From positions 768,001 to 832,000 of the forward strand of contig CBDCQT010000012.1 in assembly GCA_965220745.1 (NCBI GenBank): DNA of 64,000 bases. Direction: 5' to 3'. The stretch is from Alphaproteobacteria bacterium (GTDB lineage: Bacteria > Pseudomonadota > Alphaproteobacteria > UBA828). The stretch's first letter is position 1. Each line of letters starts with the position of its first letter. The position numbers and the translations under genes were made by a program. This document shows, in pieces, positions 49,390 through 57,527 of the stretch. Below the pieces are notes generated by a model, which was not told the origin of the DNA, made no database searches, and worked only from the letters and a program-made list of their open reading frames with translations.

Positions 49390-51033
49390 ATGCGCTACAA
49401 GATGCTCCTTGGCACGACTGCGATGACCGCTGCGGCCGCGGCGATGGCGGTCTCCCTGGCACCGCCTCCGGCACAGGCTCAGTCGGACGACGATACGCCG
49501 ATGGCCGCCATCCTTGCCGTCGAGATCGCGACCTTGCGGGAGCAATACGAGGCGCGCATCAGGGCGCTGGAAGAGCAGGTCAGGGCGCTGCAGTCCGGCT
49601 CCGCCGGCGAGATGGCCGACCATGACGATCACGGCCACGACGACCACATGGACGACGACCACGGTCACGATGAGGGAATGGCTGAGCACGACGACCACGG
49701 GGCCATGCTCGAGCCCCAAGTCGGCGTGGTGCTCAGGGGCATGTTCACGTCCTACTCCGCCGAAGACTCGGAGATTGCAGGCTTCCAACTCGGCCACGAG
49801 AGCGAGCGCGCGGCGGAGGGCTTCTCGGTCGGTCATAGCGAGTTGAGCGTGTCGAGCGATGTCGGTTCTGCGGCTCGCGCCAGTCTCGTGCTCGGCATCG
49901 GCGCGCACCCCGGCGAGCCGGCGGAGCTTGAGCTCGAGGAGGCCTATATCCAGACTCTGCCGGGCTCCGGCCTGCCCGAGAGCTTCACCATAACGGCGGG
50001 CCGCAAGCTGTGGTCGTTCGGCTATCTCAACGAACGTCATGCGCACGAAGACGACTTCGCCGATCGCCCCTTGCCTTACCGGGCCTTTCTCGACAACGGC
50101 TTCAACGACGACGGCATCCAGCTTTCGCTCGCATTGCCCGGTGATGTCCGCACGGAGATTGGCGGCGGTCTCTTCCGCGGCGACGATCAACCGTTCGGCG
50201 GGTCCGACAACGGGCGCCGGGCGCTCTCGGCCTATGCGCGGGTCGGCGGCGACATGGGGCGCGATTCGTCTTGGCGAATCGGCGCGTCCGTCTTGAGCGG
50301 AGAGGTCGTGGGCGGCGCCGGCGGCCACGCGCACGGCCACGACGACGAGCACGAAGACGAGCACGGGCACGAGCACGAAGACGATCACGCCGACGACGAT
50401 CATGCCGACGACGACCACGAAGACGACCACGAAGACGACCACGAAGACGATCACGACGACGATCACGATGACGATCATGCCGACGAGCACGAAGACGATC
50501 ATGCCGACGAGCACGAAGACGATCATGACGACGAGGACGACCACGCCGACGAGGACTTCGCGCCGTCGGACTTCTTCTCCAGCGGCGTGTTCAGCGGTGA
50601 CCGCGCGCTGTTTGGGACCGACTTCCGCTTTGCCTGGGCGCCGACCGGCAATGCGAGGCAGAGCCAGCTGATCTTCCAGGGCGAGTACCTCTGGCAGACG
50701 GACGACGGCGTCTACACGCTGGAGGACGATGCAATGGAGGAGCATGAGCTGACGACCGACGGCAGGAGCGCCGGCTGGTACGCGCAGGCGGTCTACAAGT
50801 TCGCGCCTCAGTGGCGGATCGGCGCGCGCTATGCGCGTCTCAGCCCGTCGAGCGCGGCGCACATCGATCACGACCCGAGCGCGCTCGCCGTCATGGGCGA
50901 CTGGACCAGCGACCGCTTCGGGCAGCTGCGCCTGCAATACAACCGGGAATCGCTGATGTCGGGCGCGGAGGACGATCAGGTGATCCTGCAATACACGGTG
51001 AGCCTGGGCGGCCACGCCGGTCACGACCACTAG
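49390..51033 (+). CDS. His/Asp-rich outer-membrane beta-barrel protein, putative zinc-regulated metal-uptake porin
   Basis: Signal peptide, coiled coil, LEEAY..T..LP, FGYLN..H.H..DF.D.PL, LRLQY and a C-terminal LQY..SLG.H..H motif; long H/D/E tract. Confidence 0.75.
   Translation: MRYKMLLGTTAMTAAAAAMAVSLAPPPAQAQSDDDTPMAAILAVEIATLREQYEARIRALEEQVRALQSGSAGEMADHDDHGHDDHMDDDHGHDEGMAEHDDHGAMLEPQVGVVLRGMFTSYSAEDSEIAGFQLGHESERAAEGFSVGHSELSVSSDVGSAARASLVLGIGAHPGEPAELELEEAYIQTLPGSGLPESFTITAGRKLWSFGYLNERHAHEDDFADRPLPYRAFLDNGFNDDGIQLSLALPGDVRTEIGGGLFRGDDQPFGGSDNGRRALSAYARVGGDMGRDSSWRIGASVLSGEVVGGAGGHAHGHDDEHEDEHGHEHEDDHADDDHADDDHEDDHEDDHEDDHDDDHDDDHADEHEDDHADEHEDDHDDEDDHADEDFAPSDFFSSGVFSGDRALFGTDFRFAWAPTGNARQSQLIFQGEYLWQTDDGVYTLEDDAMEEHELTTDGRSAGWYAQAVYKFAPQWRIGARYARLSPSSAAHIDHDPSALAVMGDWTSDRFGQLRLQYNRESLMSGAEDDQVILQYTVSLGGHAGHDH
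50326..50556 (+). repeat. Intragenic low-complexity tandem repeat (mostly 12-bp units such as GACGACCACGAA) encoding HEDD/HADE/HDDD
   Basis: Seen directly in the DNA and in the translation. Confidence 0.9.
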
Positions 51034-51118
51034 GAGGCACCGCGGCGCCGCGACGCTGGAGGGTAACACGGGCTTCGACTAGCATCCGGGCGGGGGCTGA
51101 TCCCGTCGGGTGCTTGCC

Positions 51119-51973
51119 ATGATCCTGCTGACTGGGGCGACCGGAACCACCGGCAGCCCGACCGTCGCGCAGCTGCGTGCGACGGGCCGGCCGTTCCGGA
51201 TCATGAGCCGCGACGTGGCGCGGGCGAGGCGGCAGTTCGGCGAGGACCTGGACTATGTCGAGGGCGACTTCGCGCAGCCCGAGACCCTCGACGCCGCGTT
51301 CGAAGGGATCGAGACCCTCTCGCTCCTCTGCGCCTTCTCCGAAGCGATGGTCGAGCTGGAGCTGAACGCGGTGGAGGCCGCGAAGCGGGCGGGAATCCGC
51401 CGCATCGTCAAGATGTCGGCGATCAAGGCCGCGCCCGATGCGCCCACCACAATCCGCCGTTGGCACGGGGAGATCGAGCGGCGCATCGACGAGAGCGGCA
51501 TCCCCCGCACCCACCTCTGGCCCAACGCCTTCATGCAGAATTTCAGGCGCTTCGCCCCGCTCATCAGGGAGCGCGGCGAGTTCTACGCCCCGGTGGGGGA
51601 CGCCCGGATCTCGCTGGTGGAGATCGAGGACGTGGCGGCGGTGACGGTCGCGGCGCTGGTCGACGACGAACACGAGGGCGAGACCTACGAGATCACCGGG
51701 CCGGAGGCGATCTCCTATGCCGAGTGCGCGGCGATCCTCTCGGAGGAGCTGGGCCGGCAGGTGCGCTACGTCTCCGTCAGCGACGAGGACGCACGCGCCG
51801 CGCTGGTCGAGGCCGGCATCGGGCCCAAGGCGGCGCATGCGCTGGTCGAGATCGACGGCCTGTTCCGCACGGGCTTCGGCGCGCCGGTGACCGACGTTGT
51901 CGAGCGGGTGACCGGGCGCGCGCCCCGGGACTTCCGCACCTTCGCGCGCGAGAACCTGGCGCTCTTCCAGTAA
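51119..51973 (+). CDS. NmrA-like/SDR NAD(P)H-binding oxidoreductase
   Basis: ILLTGATGTTG, FMQN, DVA, YEITGPEA, VTGR.PR.F..F. Confidence 0.9.
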   Translation: MILLTGATGTTGSPTVAQLRATGRPFRIMSRDVARARRQFGEDLDYVEGDFAQPETLDAAFEGIETLSLLCAFSEAMVELELNAVEAAKRAGIRRIVKMSAIKAAPDAPTTIRRWHGEIERRIDESGIPRTHLWPNAFMQNFRRFAPLIRERGEFYAPVGDARISLVEIEDVAAVTVAALVDDEHEGETYEITGPEAISYAECAAILSEELGRQVRYVSVSDEDARAALVEAGIGPKAAHALVEIDGLFRTGFGAPVTDVVERVTGRAPRDFRTFARENLALFQ

Positions 51974-51986
51974 GGCGGCGAGGCCG

Positions 51987-52898
51987 ATGAGCGACACCCC
52001 CTATCCCCGCGACATGGTGGGCTACGGCCGCAACCGCCCGCATCCGCACTGGCCGGGCGAAGCGCGCATCGCCGTGCAGTTCGTCATCAACTACGAGGAG
52101 GGCGCGGAGAACAGCATCCTCCACGGCGATGCGGGCTCGGAGACGCTGCTCACCGAGTTCGGCTTCGCGGAGTCCCGCATCGGCGAGCGCGCGCTGCCCA
52201 TCGAATCCATGTACGAGTTCGGCAGCCGCGTCGGCTTCTGGCGCCTCCATCGGCTGTTCACCGGGCGGGGCGTGCCGGTCACGATCTTCGGCGTCGCCAT
52301 GGCGCTCGCCCGCAACCCGGAGGCGGTCGCCGCGATGGTGGAGGCGGACTGGGAGATCGCGAGCCACGGCTATCGCTGGATCGACTATCACGCCGTGCCC
52401 GAGGCCGAGGAGCGCGCGCACATCGAGAAGGCGATCGCGATCCAGCAGGCGCTCACCGGCACGCGCCCGCTCGGCTACTTCCTCGGCCGCCGCAGCCCCA
52501 ACACCGTGCGGCTGGTGGCGGAGGAGGGGGGCTTCCTCTACAGCCAGGATTCCTACGCCGACGAGCTGCCCTACTGGGTGGAGGAGGCCGGACGGCGCCT
52601 GCTGATGGTGCCCTACACGGCGGACCACAACGACCACCGCTTCGCCACCGCGCCGGGCTTCGACTGGGGCGAGCCCTTCTTCGCCTACCTGCGCGATGCC
52701 TTCGACGTGCTCTATGAGGAGGGCGCGGAGCAGCCCGGCATGATGAGCATCGGCCTGCACAGCCGACTGGTGGGGCGGCCGGGGCGCTTCGCCGCGCTCA
52801 GGCGCTTCGTCGACCACGTGCTGGCCCACGACAGGGTCTGGCTCTGCCGCGGCATCGACATCGCCCGGCACTGGCGTGCGAGGGGTGACGGGCCGTAG
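51987..52898 (+). CDS. puuE: Allantoinase PuuE-like polysaccharide deacetylase family protein
   Basis: YPRDMVGYG...P...WP..ARIAVQFVINYEEG.E, YEFGSRVGFWR, SHGYRWI, MMSIGLH.RL.GRPGR. Confidence 0.8.
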   Translation: MSDTPYPRDMVGYGRNRPHPHWPGEARIAVQFVINYEEGAENSILHGDAGSETLLTEFGFAESRIGERALPIESMYEFGSRVGFWRLHRLFTGRGVPVTIFGVAMALARNPEAVAAMVEADWEIASHGYRWIDYHAVPEAEERAHIEKAIAIQQALTGTRPLGYFLGRRSPNTVRLVAEEGGFLYSQDSYADELPYWVEEAGRRLLMVPYTADHNDHRFATAPGFDWGEPFFAYLRDAFDVLYEEGAEQPGMMSIGLHSRLVGRPGRFAALRRFVDHVLAHDRVWLCRGIDIARHWRARGDGP

Positions 52899-52981
52899 AT
52901 TCATGTCGTCGCGAGGGTGCTGTTCGAGAAGTTTCGATCCAGCTGTGCCGCACCCCCTTCTCGTCATGGCCGGGCTTGTCC

Positions 52982-54240
52982 CATTGCTGTCCGGTTTAGA
53001 TTTTGGCGAAGGGGATTTGGAGTTGGTCATGGGTTTGTGGCTCATCGGGCGGCGGTTCGAAGAGGTCGGTGAGCGCCCGGCGCTGGAAGGTCGTCTTGGC
53101 GACGAGGCGGGCGATGGCCTGGAGGCCGAGCCGGGTTCCGGTTCCGATCTGCGCCAGCCGCAGCAGCAGGTAGGCGATCAGCGCGGTGACGATCTGGATG
53201 CGCACGGCATTCTCGCTGGTGCCGAGGAAGTGCCGGATCTTCAGGTTCTGCTTGATCCACTTGAAGAACAGCTCGACCTGCCAGCGCCGCTTGTAGAGCG
53301 CCGCGATCTCTTCGGCTGGGGCATTGAGGTCGTTGCTGACCAGCATGATCTCCCTGCCGCTGTCGATGCGCACGGTGACCAGACGCACCGGCTTGTCGAA
53401 GGGGTTCTGGCGGCTCGCCGCCAGGCGCTTCGACAGCAAGGCGACGCGGTCGGCCACGACCGGGCCGTCCGGCTTGACCGGGCGGGTCTCGATCAGGCTT
53501 GTGGGCGAGTTCTTCTTCAGCCGGGTGACGAAGCGGCTCCCCTTGGCGTCGATGTCTGCCCAGAAGGCGAAGTCGTAATAGCCCTTGTCGAAGACGTAAG
53601 TCGCGCCGGGCTCGATGGGGAGGCGCTTGGCCGGCGTGATGTCGTTGACCCTGGCCGAGGTCACGGCAAAGCAAACGGGCGCATCTGCGTCCGGGTCGTA
53701 GACCACGTGCAGCTTGACGGCACCGTCGACCTCCCAGCTCTCGATCCGCTTGCCAACCAGGACCCGGGTCGCATCGACGAGGCGCAGCATCTCCCGCCCG
53801 CGCTGGCCCGCAGATGCGCCCAGCCGGGCGACCAGGGCCTCGAGTACGTCCTCGAACAGGGCCGCCGGACGTACCCGGTTGGCATCCGCGAGCGTAGACC
53901 GCCGCACCGGCGCCAGACCCAGATGGGCATGGACGCCCGGAAAGCGTTCCAGCGCACCGACCGCCTCGCGCAACGAGCGCGAGCCCGACAGCTGGGCGAA
54001 CACCATCGCCTGGAACTGGCTCCACGACGAAAGGCGCCGGACCCGGTAGTCCGCTCCGTGGCGCTCTGCCAGCTTGTCGAAGCGCCAGCGCGGAAACGCC
54101 TTCATCAGTCCGCCGAAAATCGTATCCTGGTAGGGCATGGCTTGGGCTCCATTGCGAGCTTCGATTCAACAGGTCTTGCAAAAACCAAGTTGAATCCAAG
54201 CCATGCACCTTGTCTACCCAAGCTAAACCGGACAGCAATG
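52982..54240 (-). mobile_element. IS4-family insertion sequence, 1259 bp
   Basis: Perfect 18-bp TIRs CATTGCTGTCCGGTTTAG (52982-52999) and CTAAACCGGACAGCAATG (54223-54240); 9-bp direct repeat GGCTTGTCC at 52973-52981 and 54241-54249. Confidence 0.95.
52996..54138 (-). CDS. IS4-family DDE transposase
   Basis: N-terminal AQLSG..SLRE and RSTLADAN; catalytic LVDAT, VFDKGY and Y..RW.VE.FFKWIKQ (YREK motif). Confidence 0.95.
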   Translation of the reverse strand: MPYQDTIFGGLMKAFPRWRFDKLAERHGADYRVRRLSSWSQFQAMVFAQLSGSRSLREAVGALERFPGVHAHLGLAPVRRSTLADANRVRPAALFEDVLEALVARLGASAGQRGREMLRLVDATRVLVGKRIESWEVDGAVKLHVVYDPDADAPVCFAVTSARVNDITPAKRLPIEPGATYVFDKGYYDFAFWADIDAKGSRFVTRLKKNSPTSLIETRPVKPDGPVVADRVALLSKRLAASRQNPFDKPVRLVTVRIDSGREIMLVSNDLNAPAEEIAALYKRRWQVELFFKWIKQNLKIRHFLGTSENAVRIQIVTALIAYLLLRLAQIGTGTRLGLQAIARLVAKTTFQRRALTDLFEPPPDEPQTHDQLQIPFAKI

Positions 54241-54465
54241 GGCTTGTCCCGGCCATCCACGTCGCGCCGCCGCACCTGGTCGATATGGATGCACGGATCA
54301 AGTCCGGGCATGACGATGTGGGGGAAGGGGCGGGCGCTCGATTCATGATTCCGCGCGACGTTCGCTTGGCTTACGCGCCTCTCGGCGCGGTGCGCAGTCG
54401 CGCGCTCCGGACCTACGGTCCGGCCCTCTTTATGGCAGACGGCTCGTCTGTTGCCGGGCAAACGC

Positions 54466-54726
54466 CCCGGACCATGGTGCGGTGCACGGCGCGGAGCGGG
54501 GGTGTCACGATCGCGATATGAGTGCGCGAACGAACATGTTGCAGCTGGCGTCGGCGCCAAAGATGTCCATGCCGGGTCGCTGTCCCGCGGAATCCCACTT
54601 ATCCCACTTATCCCACTTATCCCACTTATCCCACCTATCCCGCGTGTCCCACCTATCTCGCGTATCCCGCCTATCCCGTGTATCCCACCTATCCCGCCGA
54701 ATCCCGGCTGGTCCCGCAAAATTTTT
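54466..54726 (-). repeat. Dispersed non-coding element, copy B (expanded form)
   Basis: Reverse complement aligns with 16746-16917 at both ends. Confidence 0.75.
54592..54699. repeat. Tandem array of twelve 9-bp units, consensus ATCCC(A/G)C(C/T/G)T
   Basis: Units start at 54592, 54601, 54610 ... 54691. The first four are identical (ATCCCACTT) and the rest degenerate; partial units flank both sides. Confidence 0.95.
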
Positions 54727-54925
54727 GGTCGTCCGTCTCACCGGGCGCCGGCGGGCGGTGCCTCTGTACCTGTCGCGGGCGTCGCCACCATGGCGGTAAG
54801 CCGGCCCGAAATCTCCCGCAGGCGGAGCCACTGCTGGTAGTAGAGGGGAAGCGACATCACCGCTCATCGAATGAGCCCCGGACTGTCGATTGCGGCGATT
54901 GGAGGCGATCGGGCGGGGCGGGCGT

Positions 54926-56854
54926 CTACTCGAATGCCGAGAGGCGCGCGAGGAGCCGGGCGATCTCAGCGTCGCTCACCTGCGCCGGGCGGTACCAGGA
55001 CCGTTCCGACGCGCTCACGATCTTCTGCCGATCCGCCGGCACATCGGGAACGAAGCCGATCCAGAGCTCGCTCATCTCGTCGGTGGTCTCCCAGCCCCAG
55101 GTCACGGTTTCGGGCTCCAGCGCAGGGTTCTGGGGATTGTCCGCCGTGTTGTCGTAGCGCACCCAGGCGTCGATGCGGCTGCCCGCCGGCAGGTGGACCG
55201 GCTCCCGGTAGGCGAAGGTGTTCTGCCAGCGGAAGTCCCAGTCGGCGATGCGGATGAGCGGCCGCTCGCTGCCGTCGGGCAGGGTCGCGATGGCGATGAA
55301 CTCGCGGCCGAGAAAGTGCATGTGCGGGGTGACGTCGGTCAGTGACATGCCGGAGGGGACGTCCATCGAGAAGCGACGCCAGTAGTTCTCCTCGCCCGGC
55401 GGAATGCGCAGGTCCTGGGTGCCGATGACCACGCCGTCGACGTAGCGCTCGACCGGCGCCGAGGCGAAGTGGAAGCCCACCGCGCTCCGGTCGGTGGTGG
55501 CCTTGCCGTTCAGGTGATAGTGCACCTCCAGCACCATGTCCCCGCCCCTGGGCAGCCACATGCCCAGCCCCTTGTCGAGGACGTAGGGCTGCACCCCCGG
55601 CGCCCAGCCGCCGATGCCGTAAGCGTTGTAGTCGAGGAACGCCCCGGTGCCGAAGACCGAGAACCCCGGTTCCGCGTCCTTCGCGTCCGCCGCCCTGGCG
55701 CGCCCGCTGTAGTCCATGAGGTAGTTGGCGTGATGGACCACCTTGGCATCGCCGGGGCTGAATTCGAGCGCTGCCACCACCTTGTCCTCGGCGAAGCCGG
55801 TGGGGATGATGAAGTAGCGATAGATGTCGTCGCCGTCCGCCGGCACCTGGAAGGGCTCGGTCATGCTGAGCACCAGGTCCGGCTCGCCCAATTGCCACTT
55901 CGAGCTGGAGCGAACGGAGGCCGGCATGGGGTCGTCGGAATCGCCCAGCCGGGCGCCGTTCTCCGACCACGACGCCAGCAGCGCGATCTGGCGGTCGCTC
56001 AGGCGTCGCGCATCGCGGAACGCGCCGAAGCCTTTCACCGCCCGCCACGGCGGCATCAGGCGCTCGCCGGCCATGAAGGAGACCATGCGGTGCCAGCGCT
56101 TCGCGTTGTCGTAGCCCTCGAGGGAGAAGGGGGCGATGCCGCCCTGCCGGTGGCATTCCACGCAGTTCGCTTCGAGCAACGGGGCGATGTGGCGGTTGTA
56201 GGTGATCTCGGCGGGGGCGCCCGCAGCGGTGCGGCGCCAGTCGTGGTGAAAGCACCCGACCGCTTCGGTGGCATAGGGCTCGGGCTGGCCGCCGTTCGCC
56301 AGCGCCTCGATGACGGTGCGCAGGTCGTGCGAGGAGATCCGCGTGCGCAGCCTGCCCACGGCGGCGAAGCGATCGTCGATGCGGCCCCGGTAGACGACCC
56401 GGTCGGCAGCGGAGATCGCGAAGGCCTCCGACATCACGCGGGGGCCGAGGCGGAGTGCCAGATCGCCGGTGCTGTCCAGGATGACCGGGAATGCGATGCC
56501 GAACTCGTCCACGAAATCCACGCTCTGGCGCCAAGTGATGTCGGGGTTCGACAGGACGCCATAGAGCGCCACGCCATTCGCGCGCGCTTCGGCGTGAAGC
56601 GCGTTGAGCGTGGGCACGTAGCGCGTGGCGACGGGGCAGGCGGTATCGAGGAAGACCAGGACTGTCGGTTGCACCGTCCCCGTGGTGACGCCGATGCGGT
56701 GATGGTGGCCTTTCACGTCGGTCACGCGGACTCCGATCAGATCGACCGCGTCGCCGGGTCCCGGCGCGGCGGCACTCGTCATCGCCGGCGCAGCGGCCAT
56801 CAGGCAGACGAGAGCGAGCAAGGCGCCAAGTCGTTTCGCGATCGCGTTCATCAT
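54926..56854 (-). CDS. Exported redoxin + cytochrome c + copper type II (PHM/DBH-like) monooxygenase fusion protein
   Basis: Signal peptide; thioredoxin-like FLDTACPVA and YRGRIDD; heme motif CVECH with MPPW; copper-ligand motifs VVHHA, EVHY, PHMH, DEM. Confidence 0.82.
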   Translation of the reverse strand: MMNAIAKRLGALLALVCLMAAAPAMTSAAAPGPGDAVDLIGVRVTDVKGHHHRIGVTTGTVQPTVLVFLDTACPVATRYVPTLNALHAEARANGVALYGVLSNPDITWRQSVDFVDEFGIAFPVILDSTGDLALRLGPRVMSEAFAISAADRVVYRGRIDDRFAAVGRLRTRISSHDLRTVIEALANGGQPEPYATEAVGCFHHDWRRTAAGAPAEITYNRHIAPLLEANCVECHRQGGIAPFSLEGYDNAKRWHRMVSFMAGERLMPPWRAVKGFGAFRDARRLSDRQIALLASWSENGARLGDSDDPMPASVRSSSKWQLGEPDLVLSMTEPFQVPADGDDIYRYFIIPTGFAEDKVVAALEFSPGDAKVVHHANYLMDYSGRARAADAKDAEPGFSVFGTGAFLDYNAYGIGGWAPGVQPYVLDKGLGMWLPRGGDMVLEVHYHLNGKATTDRSAVGFHFASAPVERYVDGVVIGTQDLRIPPGEENYWRRFSMDVPSGMSLTDVTPHMHFLGREFIAIATLPDGSERPLIRIADWDFRWQNTFAYREPVHLPAGSRIDAWVRYDNTADNPQNPALEPETVTWGWETTDEMSELWIGFVPDVPADRQKIVSASERSWYRPAQVSDAEIARLLARLSAFE

Positions 56855-57402
56855 GAGCCCAATCCTTCGAGCAGTGTGCGCAGTGCCAGGTTGGCCGCGT
56901 GCGCGGGCGCGAGATTTCCCGCCGCGACTTCCGACCAGGCGAGCCAGACCTGTGCATCGATGTTGACGACCGCCCAGCTGCGCGGCACGTCGGCGGCGAT
57001 CACGCCTTCCGCCTTGAGGTCGTCCACCAGGTGCCCCAACCAGTCGAGCTCCTCGGCGTATCGCTTGCGCACGGCTTCGTCGTCGACGGCCTCGGAGACC
57101 AGAAAGTGGTAGCGATCGCCGAGCGGCACCACCGCTTCCAGCATGCGCGACAGGCGATCCCGTGCCGTGCGCGCGTCAGCGAGCGCTTCGATGGTCGCGG
57201 CGTCGATCTCGTCCATGCACTGCCTGGAGGCGGCGGCGATAAGGTCGCCACGAGAGGAGAAATGGCGGTGCAGGCTCGCCCGGCCCACGCCCGCACGGGT
57301 CGCGATCTCGGAGAGGGACGCACCGGGGTTGCGCGCAAGCGTGTCGATGGCCGCATCGAGTACGGCCTGCCGTGTCGAGGGTCTGAGCGGTCGTTCAGGC
57401 AT
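56851..57402 (-). CDS. TetR/AcrR family transcriptional regulator
   Basis: ASLSEIATRAGVGRASLHRHF.SR HTH; ATGA overlap with the downstream monooxygenase. Confidence 0.93.
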   Translation of the reverse strand: MPERPLRPSTRQAVLDAAIDTLARNPGASLSEIATRAGVGRASLHRHFSSRGDLIAAASRQCMDEIDAATIEALADARTARDRLSRMLEAVVPLGDRYHFLVSEAVDDEAVRKRYAEELDWLGHLVDDLKAEGVIAADVPRSWAVVNIDAQVWLAWSEVAAGNLAPAHAANLALRTLLEGLGS

Positions 57403-57409
57403 GGAGCTG

Positions 57410-57436
57410 TGATACAATATTGTCTCATATGAGGCA
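57410..57436. promoter_or_regulatory. Probable TetR operator: TGATACAATATTGTCTCA with overlapping TGTCTCATATGAGGCA
   Basis: Two overlapping near-perfect palindromes built on the half-site TGAGACA, immediately upstream of tetR in the divergent intergenic region. Confidence 0.7.
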
Positions 57437-57527
57437 ACATTCAACCCCTTGCGTGTCGCCCGCCTCGCGGCGTGGCGTGATAGGATCGCGCGCCTCGACG
57501 CCAACCACGATCCCAGGTGCCCCGTCC

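Larger units (their letters stand above)
52962..54315. repeat. REP doublet (REPIN-like) interrupted by an IS: CGTCATGGCCGGGCTTGTCC|CGGCCATCCAC ... TGGATGCACGGATCAAGTCCGGGCATGACG
   Basis: Removing the IS and one target duplication restores GTCATGGCCGGGCTTGTCCCGGCCATCCAC; the inverted partner REP lies at about 54286-54315. Confidence 0.85.

Noticed and set aside
52981-54241. Alternative IS boundaries (19-bp TIR, 7-bp duplication)
   Set aside because: Formally possible, but CAT...ATG ends with a 9-bp duplication fit IS4-family behaviour better.
54592-54699. 9-bp array as a CRISPR array or guide-RNA array
   Set aside because: The units are contiguous 9-mers with no unique spacers, and no cas or nuclease gene is nearby.
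54592-54699. GTGGG repeats as MraZ boxes or replication iterons
   Set aside because: The period is 9 bp rather than the 10 bp of MraZ boxes, and there is no mraZ or rep gene nearby.
54105-55157. ORFs with GIG/IPL/SHL/WDK/PTY tripeptide repeats
   Set aside because: They are translations of the same 9-bp array in five frames. A unit length divisible by 3 keeps frames open, and there is no RBS or domain support.
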